Below are positions 38,012 to 48,213 of a DNA stretch of 64,000 nt, piece by piece (position 1 is the first letter of the stretch; every line of letters begins with the position of its first letter). Made by a program: the position numbers and the translations under genes. Where the stretch lies: sequence record ON287372.1. One strand, written 5' to 3'. Below the pieces are notes generated by a model. The model saw nothing but the letters and a program-made list of their open reading frames with translations. It made no database searches and was not told the origin of the DNA.

Positions 38012-39191
38012 CCGCTTTATTTAATGCGTCTACGTAACCCAGAGAGCTCTTAGACACGGAGATCAGGTACTGGCTGTAGTTAACACCCAACCCATTGATC
38101 ATGTTAATGACGACAGAGAACAACGTGCGTACTGCACGACCTTCTGCTGCATCAGCATCTTCTTCCAGATGCACTTTAGCGGCGGCATCAGCTTTACGCA
38201 GGAAGTCTTTCTCCAGGCGATCTTCTGAGCTACGCAATACATTGCTCTCTTTAACCGATTTAGCCAGACGAACTGCATTATCGATAATATCCAAAGCAGT
38301 CTTCTGATCCACTGGAGGAAGTGGGCCGGAGAAATCTTCTTTGGTGCCATCCTGGAAGAAACGAATCTTAGAGCGAGTACCGAAATCGGCTACTGCTTTC
38401 AGGTTCTCTGCTTCCGAGTTCGTGTAGTGAGTATCGCGCTTGGCTTTAACCGAAACGAAGCGGTAGTTGCCGAGCAATAGAGAAGAAGTGCGTTCCTCTT
38501 CTACTTGATCAGCGTCCATCCCAAACAGATCGGCAGAAACACTCTTGCTGATCTTATCTTTACAGATCAACTGGAATGCATCCACATAGCTCTCGATTGC
38601 ATGAGCTGCCTTACGATAGTCCAGCTTACTGAGATCATCAGTCAGTTCACGGGCAGAGGCATGACCTTGTTTGGTAAACCGTTCCATAGCAGTTTCGTTG
38701 ATTTTAATCAACTGATCGATTTCCTTGCTAAGGTCAGGAGCGACACTACCATCAATCGCCAACAGGTTAGGGTATTTGATTTCAACTTCCCCTTGACCAA
38801 AGTTGGTGTTCTCAGCAACAGAACGACGAAGTTCAGCTGCATGTTTAACCAACCCGTCCACACCCTGGAGAGTAGTACGAACCCAAGCCATGACTTTACG
38901 CCGCATCTCAACAATCCAACGTTTCAGCTGTTCCCACCACTGCATGATGGTAGAACGAATGGATTCCAGCGCGACTTGCTTCATCCCTAAACCATCCCCT
39001 TCAGGAGCTGGAGGAAGGACCATGTCGTAGCTAGGTGCCATTTGAGCGAGGATTTCGTACGCATCCGGATTCATGCCGGATTCGCAATCGCAATCCTCAC
39101 ACGCCACTTCTAAAGAGTGGAGCTCGTTTAGCCGCTTCTGCATATGCGGCGGAACGATACCTAATTTGTCTTCCAAAATACTCATCATCAC
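38004..39191 (-). CDS. Inner-head protein paralog
   Basis: VALE/SIRSTIMQWWEQLKRW family signature. Confidence 0.65.
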   Translation of the reverse strand: MMMSILEDKLGIVPPHMQKRLNELHSLEVACEDCDCESGMNPDAYEILAQMAPSYDMVLPPAPEGDGLGMKQVALESIRSTIMQWWEQLKRWIVEMRRKVMAWVRTTLQGVDGLVKHAAELRRSVAENTNFGQGEVEIKYPNLLAIDGSVAPDLSKEIDQLIKINETAMERFTKQGHASARELTDDLSKLDYRKAAHAIESYVDAFQLICKDKISKSVSADLFGMDADQVEEERTSSLLLGNYRFVSVKAKRDTHYTNSEAENLKAVADFGTRSKIRFFQDGTKEDFSGPLPPVDQKTALDIIDNAVRLAKSVKESNVLRSSEDRLEKDFLRKADAAAKVHLEEDADAAEGRAVRTLFSVVINMINGLGVNYSQYLISVSKSSLGYVDALNKAGA

Positions 39192-40411
39192 GCCTTATGA
39201 GTTAGTGCTGGGTAATTAGGGACTTCTTGTTCTTCTGGGTTGAGGTCCATGGAAGCATTGATGTAATCGAGTGCCGCATTACCGACGGATGTCAGATACC
39301 CTAACACTTTGGACGAATCAAAGTTGATCAACTTGATTAATGCTTTAGCGATCTGGATGACGATGTTAACGTAATAACTTTCATCTACACTTTTAGCAGA
39401 TGAAGTCATATCAGCTACGTCTTTCATAAGACCAGCGGTATCGAAGTGGGAGAACTCTTCGACTACTTTAGTGATCTTAGTTACCTCAGCCAAAAGATCA
39501 TTACTGGTCTTTTTGTCCAAAGCTTCAGCTTCTTTGAAATTACGTCCCTGATCTTCTACATGAGCCAGTTTAGGATAAATCAGTTCTAAAGAGTCACCTA
39601 AACGATTCAGTGCCTGAGTCTTAGTGACGTCGTCCGTAAACCCAGGGATGGATACCATGGGTTTATGCTCAGGGATTACAGTGAAGATCGCGTAGTCGCC
39701 AGGCATTAATTCAGAAGCAATGAGGTGAGCAGGACGATTAAAGAAACTGTACTGCGCCGGCAGGCCCAAAGCCATCATTACTTCACGAGAGTGTTTGTAT
39801 CCCTTGAAGGTCTGCTCAATGCGGTTGGCCAGAGGAGTTACGGTTTGAACTACAGAGTCTCGGTATTTCGACTCCATTGTGGCCCCTGCGCTTGCATTAC
39901 CCTCAGCTTCACTGACCTCACGAATATAACCTTTAGTCAGGTCAATCAGTTTACGGATAACTCCGACTGATTCTTTACGAGAATCGATGAAGAAACTCTT
40001 AATCATCGAAGTTGCATTGTTAATGTTGAATACTACGTCGGAATTAAGATTACCAGCAACTGCCAGACGAGAAGCTGAACGGAACTTCACTTCGCCGTAT
40101 TTAAACTCAGCGGAGTTGACGGCGTCAGTAGTTTTCTTTAGGCGGTTCTTAAGCACCAAGAACGATGGGTTGTTTTTGCGAACCCAGTCTTTTGCTTCCA
40201 TCATCAACTTGCGCAGCCAGGCAATGAACCGTTCAAGCAGTTCTTTCGCCTTCGCCTTAATTGACTCTACCGATACTTCAGAACCCTGTGCCTGTTGCAG
40301 ATATAGGTTGGCCACATCACGTGCATCTTCAGGGATTTCGGTACCGAATGATTCCAGTGCAACGCGCATCTCTTCGAGGTTGTTTGAGTCACTTACAATT
40401 TTGTCGATCAT
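39188..40411 (-). CDS. Inner-head protein paralog
   Basis: VALE/S and VSVE/SIKAKAKELLERFIAWL signature. Confidence 0.65.
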   Translation of the reverse strand: MIDKIVSDSNNLEEMRVALESFGTEIPEDARDVANLYLQQAQGSEVSVESIKAKAKELLERFIAWLRKLMMEAKDWVRKNNPSFLVLKNRLKKTTDAVNSAEFKYGEVKFRSASRLAVAGNLNSDVVFNINNATSMIKSFFIDSRKESVGVIRKLIDLTKGYIREVSEAEGNASAGATMESKYRDSVVQTVTPLANRIEQTFKGYKHSREVMMALGLPAQYSFFNRPAHLIASELMPGDYAIFTVIPEHKPMVSIPGFTDDVTKTQALNRLGDSLELIYPKLAHVEDQGRNFKEAEALDKKTSNDLLAEVTKITKVVEEFSHFDTAGLMKDVADMTSSAKSVDESYYVNIVIQIAKALIKLINFDSSKVLGYLTSVGNAALDYINASMDLNPEEQEVPNYPALTHKA

Positions 40412-40437
40412 TTTTATTTAACTCTCGTAGTTGATCC

Positions 40438-40462
40438 AGGAGTAGGGAAATTCCCTACTCCT
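40438..40462. terminator. Terminator-like hairpin
   Basis: AGGAGTAGGGA-AAT-TCCCTACTCCT; T tract lies on the + strand side. Confidence 0.55.
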
Positions 40463-40468
40463 TATTTT

Positions 40469-41923
40469 TTATTCGGCCATACCGGAAAGGTCGGTCGATT
40501 TCGCTTTAAGTGACTTCTCAGCGTACTCTAATGAGATACGCGCCATATTACCGAAGTAGGATGCAAGTTTCGTTGTAGGGCCGCTGAGGCGACTTGCTAC
40601 GGTGCTGGTGATGGTACGAAGAGAGCTCATGGTGGATTCGAGATCTTTAGCATCCTCATCACCATTGGTGTTCTGAAGACGGGAACCTGCACGATTGATT
40701 TCATTCATTGCAGAGTTGCGATCAGAAACTAAACCGTCCAGTCCACGGAGGATTTCACCAATGTTCTTAACTGATTCGGCAATGGCACGGCAATCGGTAG
40801 CGGAAAGACGATTGAACTCATTTTCCTCTTCATCGCTAACCCCGGAGTTACCCATGTTCCATTTCTTAGATTCTTCAGAATCATCGAGGAACTCAATCCG
40901 TGAGTTACGTACTGCATTAGCTACGTTGCGAATGTACGCATCCGGGGTATCGGCTTCCTGAGCCTTAACAACTACAGCGGCCAAAGTACAGTTACCCAAG
41001 AGCTTATCGGAGACGAGTGTCTCAGCAACGATACCGTTGTTGCCGCGCAGTAAGATTTCTGCCAAAGAAGGCTCTTCAGTTTTCTTCATGAAGGAAGTCA
41101 ACGAGTTGGTTGGCTCCTCAATGATCTTACGGATTTTGTCCGCTGCATTACCGACTGAACCGGCATCGGTGGCATCAGTGGATGCTACTACAGAAGCAAT
41201 ACCTTTTGCATGGTCAATCGCTTGCTGTTGGAGATCCATAAATGATGCGCGGCAGATATTAGCCAGGTCACGCAGGTGACGAGGAACATCATTGACTTGA
41301 CCGTCGATAGCCAACTTACCGATACGGCTGGACTTAATACGATCGTCACCAGGTATGCGGTCTTCCGCATTGTCCAGAATAATCTGGGCACGGCTAACCA
41401 AACGATCGGCACCAGTGAGTACACGCTGAGCCCATTGCTCCATGTGTTGACCCATGGCCTTCAGCCATTCACGGAAACGAGTCCACCACTCACGGATGAC
41501 TTCTTTGAAGCCTTCCAACGCAACAGCGGTTTGGCTCTGGCCAAGTACCGAGTAGGATTCGTTGGATACGTACATGGAGATCGGCAACCCTTCCTTCTCT
41601 GCGAACAGATTAAGGAAAGTGGCAGCTTCCATGGAGATACCCGACTCTTTGTTTTTCTCAATGACATCTACCACACCTTCGTAGGTTTTGATAGTGTCAG
41701 TGAAATCTTTTTCTTCTACTACCGAAGCAAAGTCTTCATCTTCTGGGATGTCAATATTGGCGATAGTTGGGTTAGTTTCAACTGGATCTGGGATCTCTGC
41801 CGGAGGAGCTTCGTTAGGTACGATCTCGTCTTTGTGATCCACTACTACAGTATCACCGGCAAACTCTTCTACTGCAACTTTTGGTTTAGCGGCGAGAATG
41901 CGTTGATAGTAATTTGGTTTCAT
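40469..41923 (-). CDS. Inner-head protein paralog
   Basis: GISMEAATFLNLF...VSNE/SY...VALE/GFKEVIREWW, nearly the same as in the 42011 gene. Confidence 0.7.
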   Translation of the reverse strand: MKPNYYQRILAAKPKVAVEEFAGDTVVVDHKDEIVPNEAPPAEIPDPVETNPTIANIDIPEDEDFASVVEEKDFTDTIKTYEGVVDVIEKNKESGISMEAATFLNLFAEKEGLPISMYVSNESYSVLGQSQTAVALEGFKEVIREWWTRFREWLKAMGQHMEQWAQRVLTGADRLVSRAQIILDNAEDRIPGDDRIKSSRIGKLAIDGQVNDVPRHLRDLANICRASFMDLQQQAIDHAKGIASVVASTDATDAGSVGNAADKIRKIIEEPTNSLTSFMKKTEEPSLAEILLRGNNGIVAETLVSDKLLGNCTLAAVVVKAQEADTPDAYIRNVANAVRNSRIEFLDDSEESKKWNMGNSGVSDEEENEFNRLSATDCRAIAESVKNIGEILRGLDGLVSDRNSAMNEINRAGSRLQNTNGDEDAKDLESTMSSLRTITSTVASRLSGPTTKLASYFGNMARISLEYAEKSLKAKSTDLSGMAE

Positions 41924-41962
41924 GTTTTTGCTACCTTGGGAGGAGGATGAACATAGAAAACC

Positions 41963-41989
41963 AGGGAGAGAGGTTTCCCTCCCTCCCTG
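41963..41989 (-). terminator. Intrinsic terminator followed by TATG
   Basis: AGGGAG...CTCCCT hairpin, then GGTTTTCTATG on the minus strand. Confidence 0.6.
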
Positions 41990-42010
41990 ATCCTTTTACA
42001 TCAATACCGA

Positions 42011-44311
42011 TTAAGCTTCTGCTTTATCAGCTGCAGGTGCAGCGGTAGGTAGAGATTTACCAGCAACTGCCAGGGCAGCGCGAGCAACAGCAGAGAAGTA
42101 CTTGATGGATTTAGAGAACGGAGCAACCGTTTCTTTTTCCAGAGCCAGTACAACCTGACGCAGGCCGGTTTGCAGTTCGTTTGCAACTTCGTCGCCTTCA
42201 CCCATTTTAGCCAGGTGTTCACCTGCAGCATCGATCTTACCAGATGCAGCTTTGCATGGGCCGTCCAATTTCTTAGTTTCTTCGATTGCATCCAGCAGAC
42301 CGATTACTGCACGAGCAACGTCCATGATGTCAGTGCGGCTCAGCGCCTTGACTTCTTTAACGTCAACTTCTTCGGTTACCTTGGTGAATACCAGGCAATC
42401 GCCTTTGCTCATGTCAGACAGGCTAGGTTCTTTGCTGTTATCGCCAACTTGTCCGCGCAGGACGTAACCGCCCAGTTGAACGCGAGATTGACGGAAACCA
42501 TCTTCTGAACCAGGTTCGGTCAGTTTAGAACGTACTGCGGAATCGGATTGTTCGAATGAACGTGCCAGTTCCAGAGCAACCGTTTCAACGGACTCATCGC
42601 CTTTCAGCTGAGCAATCACGTCGCCAGCTTTACCGCAAGCGGCCATATCCAGAGTTGCCAGCGGCAGGTAGGTACGGTTGATCAGATCGGTCAGTTCACG
42701 TACGTCTGCAGGCAGGTCTTTGGAGAACGCATTGTCTTTGGTCAGCCAAACGGCGCCATTAACATCGATCGTTGCGTCGGAATCGGTTTCGATCGCTTCA
42801 GCTTTCTGCAGGATAGATTCAGCAGATTTGCGCAGCGCGGTGGTGGTGTCGAACAGGGATTTCAGCCATGCAGCGAAACGTTCACGTTGTTCTTTCATCC
42901 ACGCACGCAGATCATTCCACCATTGACGCAGAGAGTCTTTGATGCTTTCGATTGCAATGCGAGTTTGAGAACGTGCGTAACCGCCGTAAGACTCAGTCGC
43001 TACGTTCATGTCCGCAGGGATACCATCACGTTGAGTGAAGATATTCAGCAGCGCAGCGGCTTCAACGGAAACACCGCCGTTTTCCAGCGCGTTGTCCAGA
43101 ACAGCAACTACTTCCGGGTAAGTCTGAACTGCATCAGACAGAACTTCGTAAGTAGGCTCTTCAGTTTCCAGTTCAGTTTCTACTGCATCAGCAGCGGTGA
43201 ACGCTTCGTCGACTTCGGTAACAGCAGGAACAACACCATCGGTGGATTCTGCAACAGCTACGAAATCAGGAGCAGCTTCGGCTGGTTCGGTTACTGCGGC
43301 AGGAACTTCAACCGGAGCAGTTACAACTGCAGCTTCTTCAGTCTGTTGAACGCCGTCTACTGCGTCGCCAGTAGCAACTACGATTTCAGTTTCGCCAACA
43401 GGCTCTTCTGAAGGTTGCTCAACGATAACTGCAGCTGGTTCTTCCAGTGGTTGTTCGGTAACTTCGCCAGCTGGCGCGGCTACTTCATCAGCACCGGTAG
43501 TTTCGCCTTCAGCACCTGGTTCAACTTCAACAGCAGGTGGCTCTACTGGTTCAGCAGCAACATCGGATGCAGCGTCAGCAGCAGCCTGGTCGGCAGCGGC
43601 ATCGATCTCAGCTTCCTGAGCAGCAGCTTCATCAGTTGCAGCAGCATCTGCGTCTACATCGGCAGCGACTGCATCATCAGCGGAAGCATCAGCTTCGGCT
43701 TCTGCAGCGGCAGGTTCACCAGCGGCTTCATCTTCAGCTGCCGCGGCAGCTTCTTCTTCAGCGTTCTGCTCTTCTTCAGTAGAAGCTTCTTCCTCTGCAT
43801 TTGCAGCTTCTTCTTCCTGCTCAGCAGTTTCTTCCTCTTCTTTAGAATCGGGTTCGGCGTTCAGTTCTGCTGCTACGGCCGCCGCGGCATCTTCGTTAGA
43901 TGCGGCAGTTTCTTCGCCAGTTGCGACAGCTTCGTTTTCTTCGGCTTCCGGATCAGGTTTGCCTTCGGTAGGAGCAGTACCGGATTCGTCTTTCGATTCG
44001 GTATTCTCTACTTCAGACACGCCTTTTTCATCAGCAACTTCATCAGAAGTGCCGTTACCGGTGTCTTTGTTTGCGCCGTCGTCTTTGATCGGGTTAGTTT
44101 CACCAGCGATAACTTCATCCACTTCCGCCATAGTGACGTCTTTGGTAGTATCTGGCTGTTGTTCAGCAGACTGGATACCTTCGCCGCCGGTGGCGACTTC
44201 GTCTTTGTCTGCGTTCTGAGCGGCCAGTTGATCGATCTTCGCTTGATCGATTACTTCAGACTCCACTGCTGGAGCAGGGCGCTTAGAAAGAATGCTTTTT
44301 GTAAACTTCAT
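42011..44311 (-). CDS. High-copy inner-head protein with very long Ala/Glu-rich propeptide (SPN3US gp53/54, phiKZ gp93-family-like)
   Basis: Start ATG 44311 (RBS GAGGAG); about 400 aa acidic low-complexity region, then VSVEAAALLNIF...VATE/SY...IAIE/SIKDSLRQWW; strong codon bias. Confidence 0.72.
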   Translation of the reverse strand: MKFTKSILSKRPAPAVESEVIDQAKIDQLAAQNADKDEVATGGEGIQSAEQQPDTTKDVTMAEVDEVIAGETNPIKDDGANKDTGNGTSDEVADEKGVSEVENTESKDESGTAPTEGKPDPEAEENEAVATGEETAASNEDAAAAVAAELNAEPDSKEEEETAEQEEEAANAEEEASTEEEQNAEEEAAAAAEDEAAGEPAAAEAEADASADDAVAADVDADAAATDEAAAQEAEIDAAADQAAADAASDVAAEPVEPPAVEVEPGAEGETTGADEVAAPAGEVTEQPLEEPAAVIVEQPSEEPVGETEIVVATGDAVDGVQQTEEAAVVTAPVEVPAAVTEPAEAAPDFVAVAESTDGVVPAVTEVDEAFTAADAVETELETEEPTYEVLSDAVQTYPEVVAVLDNALENGGVSVEAAALLNIFTQRDGIPADMNVATESYGGYARSQTRIAIESIKDSLRQWWNDLRAWMKEQRERFAAWLKSLFDTTTALRKSAESILQKAEAIETDSDATIDVNGAVWLTKDNAFSKDLPADVRELTDLINRTYLPLATLDMAACGKAGDVIAQLKGDESVETVALELARSFEQSDSAVRSKLTEPGSEDGFRQSRVQLGGYVLRGQVGDNSKEPSLSDMSKGDCLVFTKVTEEVDVKEVKALSRTDIMDVARAVIGLLDAIEETKKLDGPCKAASGKIDAAGEHLAKMGEGDEVANELQTGLRQVVLALEKETVAPFSKSIKYFSAVARAALAVAGKSLPTAAPAADKAEA

Positions 44312-44322
44312 CGATAAACTCC

Positions 44323-44862
44323 TCAGGAACAAAGGTTTTGTGTACTATAAGCTCCAGCGTCGATATCGCCGAAGAGTACGTTAAGCGTACATACCATATC
44401 GTTAAAGCCACCTTCGTGCTTCAACCAGTGCCACATGTAATCATCAGGATTAACTGCGAGCATTTTACGCAGTGATGGCGTATGGCGTGTTTGGATAAAC
44501 GCAGGTGCGTTCTCCATGGAGCGTTCGGTAGCCATGCAGGCCAACCGCGCAGTAAGAGACATCGGACGCTTACCGGTATTGATAAAGGTCACGGTGTCAA
44601 CCAGGAACGCGCGCATTTGTTTCGTCAGTTTGTCGTTATTATCCTGAGAGGCTAACCAGTCAGGAAGGAAACGTAAACGATCCAAGGCACGGTTAATGAC
44701 TTTACGACGGAAGCTCCAGGCGTTGGTAGCTTCACCCCGATCCGTGAGCATCGTCTGCCATGCTTCCATAATTAATGGATCAGGAGACGGCTCAGTTTTT
44801 TGCTCACCGTATAATGGGCTACGGAAGCCCATCGGTGTATACTGGAAAGATTGCAGCTTCAT
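44323..44862 (-). CDS. Conserved hypothetical/virion protein
   Basis: 179 aa, translationally coupled within the head-protein operon. Confidence 0.6.
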   Translation of the reverse strand: MKLQSFQYTPMGFRSPLYGEQKTEPSPDPLIMEAWQTMLTDRGEATNAWSFRRKVINRALDRLRFLPDWLASQDNNDKLTKQMRAFLVDTVTFINTGKRPMSLTARLACMATERSMENAPAFIQTRHTPSLRKMLAVNPDDYMWHWLKHEGGFNDMVCTLNVLFGDIDAGAYSTQNLCS

Positions 44863-44863
44863 A

Positions 44864-45778
44864 TCAGATGCCGTATTCCTTTTCCCAATTGACCAGTTTA
44901 TAGTTCAGGTCACGCAGGCGGCGTTCAGTGATTTCGATAGTGCGGTCTTGTGCAGCATCGTTATCGCCGTTACGGGCAGCGCGCAACTGAGCCAGACGCA
45001 ACTCCAGAGCAACACGTTCTTCTTTGGCAGCGTTGTAACGGTTAGCCTGGTATTCAACAATACCGGAACCAATCCACCAAATCAGATCAGATACCACAGG
45101 AACCCAACCGGTCTGGAGACGCAGTGGATCGACTTTGGCCTGACCGATAGTTGCTTCAACGTCGGTTTCTTTGTCTGGATCGTAAACGATATCTGGAACG
45201 GAGTCCAGGGTGTTCAGGATCTGACGCATTGGCTGAGCAAATACTTTCGCACAGCGAGCAAAGTTAACCAGGTGATCTTCCAACCACTTAACTTCACCTT
45301 TGGTAAACGGCTCAGGCATACCCGCTTGGTCACGAGATGCGGCCGGAACTTCTTTACCGTAAATGTACAGCAGTACACGACGGCTATACTGACAGAAGAA
45401 CTCAGTCAGAGAGATCAGACGAATCAGGGTGATCTTGTTGTAAGTCAACCCAGCTTTCGCAACGCTGTTACTCTTAAAGGAGTTCTCAACGTATTTCTCC
45501 AGCTCAGGCATGCCTTCTGCCATGCTGCTCAGAATACGAGCCAGTGCCTCTACCATGTTCATCCGAGTAGAAGCTTCACGCATGAATACGGAGTTGAAGC
45601 GTTTTACTTGTACGGACTTGAATGGATTAGGGCCAGGGAACACTTTCTGTTCCGCGGTGTCTTTGTAGACCGGAAGAGTTTCTTCGATCAACTGACGACG
45701 TGCCAGTTCCAGTTCGTCGAGAACGCGAGAGCGCTCGAAGTTAGGAACCAGCGATTTGAAGAATCCACTTAATTTCAT
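44864..45778 (-). CDS. Head/inner-body protein (phiKZ gp90-like position)
   Basis: Start ATG 45778 (RBS AAGGA); coiled-coil C-terminus. Confidence 0.6.
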   Translation of the reverse strand: MKLSGFFKSLVPNFERSRVLDELELARRQLIEETLPVYKDTAEQKVFPGPNPFKSVQVKRFNSVFMREASTRMNMVEALARILSSMAEGMPELEKYVENSFKSNSVAKAGLTYNKITLIRLISLTEFFCQYSRRVLLYIYGKEVPAASRDQAGMPEPFTKGEVKWLEDHLVNFARCAKVFAQPMRQILNTLDSVPDIVYDPDKETDVEATIGQAKVDPLRLQTGWVPVVSDLIWWIGSGIVEYQANRYNAAKEERVALELRLAQLRAARNGDNDAAQDRTIEITERRLRDLNYKLVNWEKEYGI

Positions 45779-45788
45779 TTTCGGTTCC

Positions 45789-47024
45789 TTAGAAAGTAGG
45801 GGCTTTAGTCTGCTTGTACATTTCAAACATCTTCATGATGTCTGGGCCTTGACCTTTACCAGCGTTCTTCATTGACTCTACCGACATAACAGTAGCGCCA
45901 GGAACACCGCGGTGATAGATAGTTACTTGGTTGTAGTCACGATCAACTACGACCAGCAGCATCTGAGGGCTGTTGCTTTCCATGATAGCGCGACCGCGCG
46001 GCGTATTGAGTTTTACGCTCAACTGGCGTTCGATCGCGATAGCAGTCTCTTCAGTGATCACGTTGATCTGAGATGCTTGGGCAACAGAAGGACGGCCGGA
46101 CAAGAAACCGGAAATGGTGTTGTTACGTTTGTCGTTCAGGGACTTCAGGTACAGGCCGGTAGGATCTTTCAGGATATTCTTACGGTGTGCATCCAGCAGA
46201 TTACCAACGCCGATGAAATCTTTCAGGAAACGCAAGTTACCTGCTTTCATTTCGTAATAGCGTTCTTTGGTGCTACGGTCTTGTGCACCGGCGGTCAGAA
46301 TACTGGTCATGGCAGACGATGGAACCGGGATGGTATGTAACCGAACATTAACCGGTACTTTGAAGGTTTTATCATCTACGATGACAGAAACTTCGATCAT
46401 CTTACCAACGGCCAGGTTGGAGTTTTCGCGCAGAGAGTTCAACGTCTCGCGGTTAGACAACTCCAAAGTAGACGGCTTACTTGAGTCTTTGCCACCTTTA
46501 TTAGAGGCATCGCTTTCCAGCGCCGGCAGACCGAAGCGGAAGGCTTCGTTAGAGACAACCGAAGCGGACTCTTTAGCAACGGAACTGGAGATCGCGCCGA
46601 ATGCGTACTCTACCAGGTTGTTGCGGGGATCACGACGTGGGTTGAATTGCTCCAGTCGTTTCAATACGGTAACACCAGCAACTTCTGCGCTCAGCGCGAT
46701 TGCTTGGGTGTAATAACCAGCGAAGAGGTTCAGCAGGGATTGCAGAATGTCTTCCATGTAAGGCTGTTGGTACAAAGCGGCATCGACCAACGTCAGGGGT
46801 TCGACACGGGTTGGTTGCGCGTAATCGATCAACGAATCGGCCATCAATGCGCGAGCTTGTGCATTGCTACCGGCAGACTCTTTATAGTTGTTAGCAATAG
46901 CGCCACCAACTTTAGCTACTGCATTAGCAGCAGTGCTAATTGCGATCGCCTCGGGAATTACGCCAGTCTTCAACCCGCCTACAACATCCATAGGCGTCAA
47001 GGGCAAGTTTAGTGATAATTTCAT
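45789..47024 (-). CDS. Head/inner-body protein (phiKZ gp89-like position)
   Basis: RBS GAGG; clustered VAKE/S, VSNE/A, PALE/S putative cleavage sites. Confidence 0.6.
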   Translation of the reverse strand: MKLSLNLPLTPMDVVGGLKTGVIPEAIAISTAANAVAKVGGAIANNYKESAGSNAQARALMADSLIDYAQPTRVEPLTLVDAALYQQPYMEDILQSLLNLFAGYYTQAIALSAEVAGVTVLKRLEQFNPRRDPRNNLVEYAFGAISSSVAKESASVVSNEAFRFGLPALESDASNKGGKDSSKPSTLELSNRETLNSLRENSNLAVGKMIEVSVIVDDKTFKVPVNVRLHTIPVPSSAMTSILTAGAQDRSTKERYYEMKAGNLRFLKDFIGVGNLLDAHRKNILKDPTGLYLKSLNDKRNNTISGFLSGRPSVAQASQINVITEETAIAIERQLSVKLNTPRGRAIMESNSPQMLLVVVDRDYNQVTIYHRGVPGATVMSVESMKNAGKGQGPDIMKMFEMYKQTKAPTF

Positions 47025-47052
47025 TTCATTTCCTCTATAGGAGTTTTTAAAA

Positions 47053-48213
47053 ATGGCGTCTTATGACGATACGCTTCGTAAAAATCTTGATATGGTTTTC
47101 AGGGCTGGCGGACTTGGCTCAAAGTACGGGCAAGTCTTTGAAAACTTCTTTGGTTATAATTATCGTGCTCGCGGTGCGGTCGTTGCAGCCAACAAAGACC
47201 AGGTTGGGTTGACTTTTTTTACAAAGCCTGACCTTAACCTACATCGCGATAATGTTACACAAGATAGACACCTGACTCCGCTTATCTCAAGTAACCCAAT
47301 TACGATCCCTTCGGCCATTAGAGCCTATTTGGATCCTAATGGGAGCATTGACCCGGCTTTTGGTTATTCGACACCCCTGGTGAATCCTAAGGGCGCTTTC
47401 ATTAGCATACTGACCAATGGCTTGAAATCCCTGTCTGGTTTTCCTGATAACGCCGTTGGTACGTACACGTCTCCTGAAGGTATCATGGGTGAGCAATGGA
47501 CTATGGCCGATGGCCCGTATCATGTTCGCGGAGCCTACCAGTTAACTGCTTCCTTTACTAACATGGACGGTAACCCATTCATTCGACTGTTCGATGTTTG
47601 GGAAGCGTATATGGAAAATATCCGTACGAAGAAAATGGCTCCATGGCCACGTAACCGGTATCGTAACTGTATCGATTATACGTGCAGGGTCTACCGTTTA
47701 ATTCTTGATCCTACTCGTCGGTTTGTTCAACAGATCGCAGGGACTGGCTATTCATTCCCAACGACTAACCCGCAGGGCGGTACATTCAACTTCGATAACG
47801 ACGACAACTACGATCGGAGTAATGATACAGTTACCGTACAATTTAACAGCGTGGGCGCTATCTATAATGATCCGTTGTTGATTGAAGCTTTTAATCAGAC
47901 GACTGCGAAGTTCAACCCGGACTTAGCTATTGTTAATAAAAGCAAGTTGACTCGCGAAGAAATTCGAGTTAAGAGTAACAACTATTATCGTGTTACTCCT
48001 GAGCAACGTGATCTGTGTAACTTCTACTCTTATCCACTTATTCACCCGTGCACTTACGAACTCTGCTGGTTCATTGAGAAAGACGTTTATAACCGTCTGC
48101 GCGGAGCTGACTCATCTACGCCGCTTTATCGTTACGATGAAATGCCAGCTGATCCATTAGGTGAATTTGGGTACGACCAATCTATTTTAGACGCAGGAAA
48201 CAATAATGGCTGA
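47053..48213 (+). CDS. Tail-tube-initiator/baseplate protein (T4 gp48/gp54-like)
   Basis: 386 aa with RBS AGGAG; tube-fold-like motifs (FFTKPDLNL, YTCRVYRLILD). Confidence 0.5.
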   Translation: MASYDDTLRKNLDMVFRAGGLGSKYGQVFENFFGYNYRARGAVVAANKDQVGLTFFTKPDLNLHRDNVTQDRHLTPLISSNPITIPSAIRAYLDPNGSIDPAFGYSTPLVNPKGAFISILTNGLKSLSGFPDNAVGTYTSPEGIMGEQWTMADGPYHVRGAYQLTASFTNMDGNPFIRLFDVWEAYMENIRTKKMAPWPRNRYRNCIDYTCRVYRLILDPTRRFVQQIAGTGYSFPTTNPQGGTFNFDNDDNYDRSNDTVTVQFNSVGAIYNDPLLIEAFNQTTAKFNPDLAIVNKSKLTREEIRVKSNNYYRVTPEQRDLCNFYSYPLIHPCTYELCWFIEKDVYNRLRGADSSTPLYRYDEMPADPLGEFGYDQSILDAGNNNG

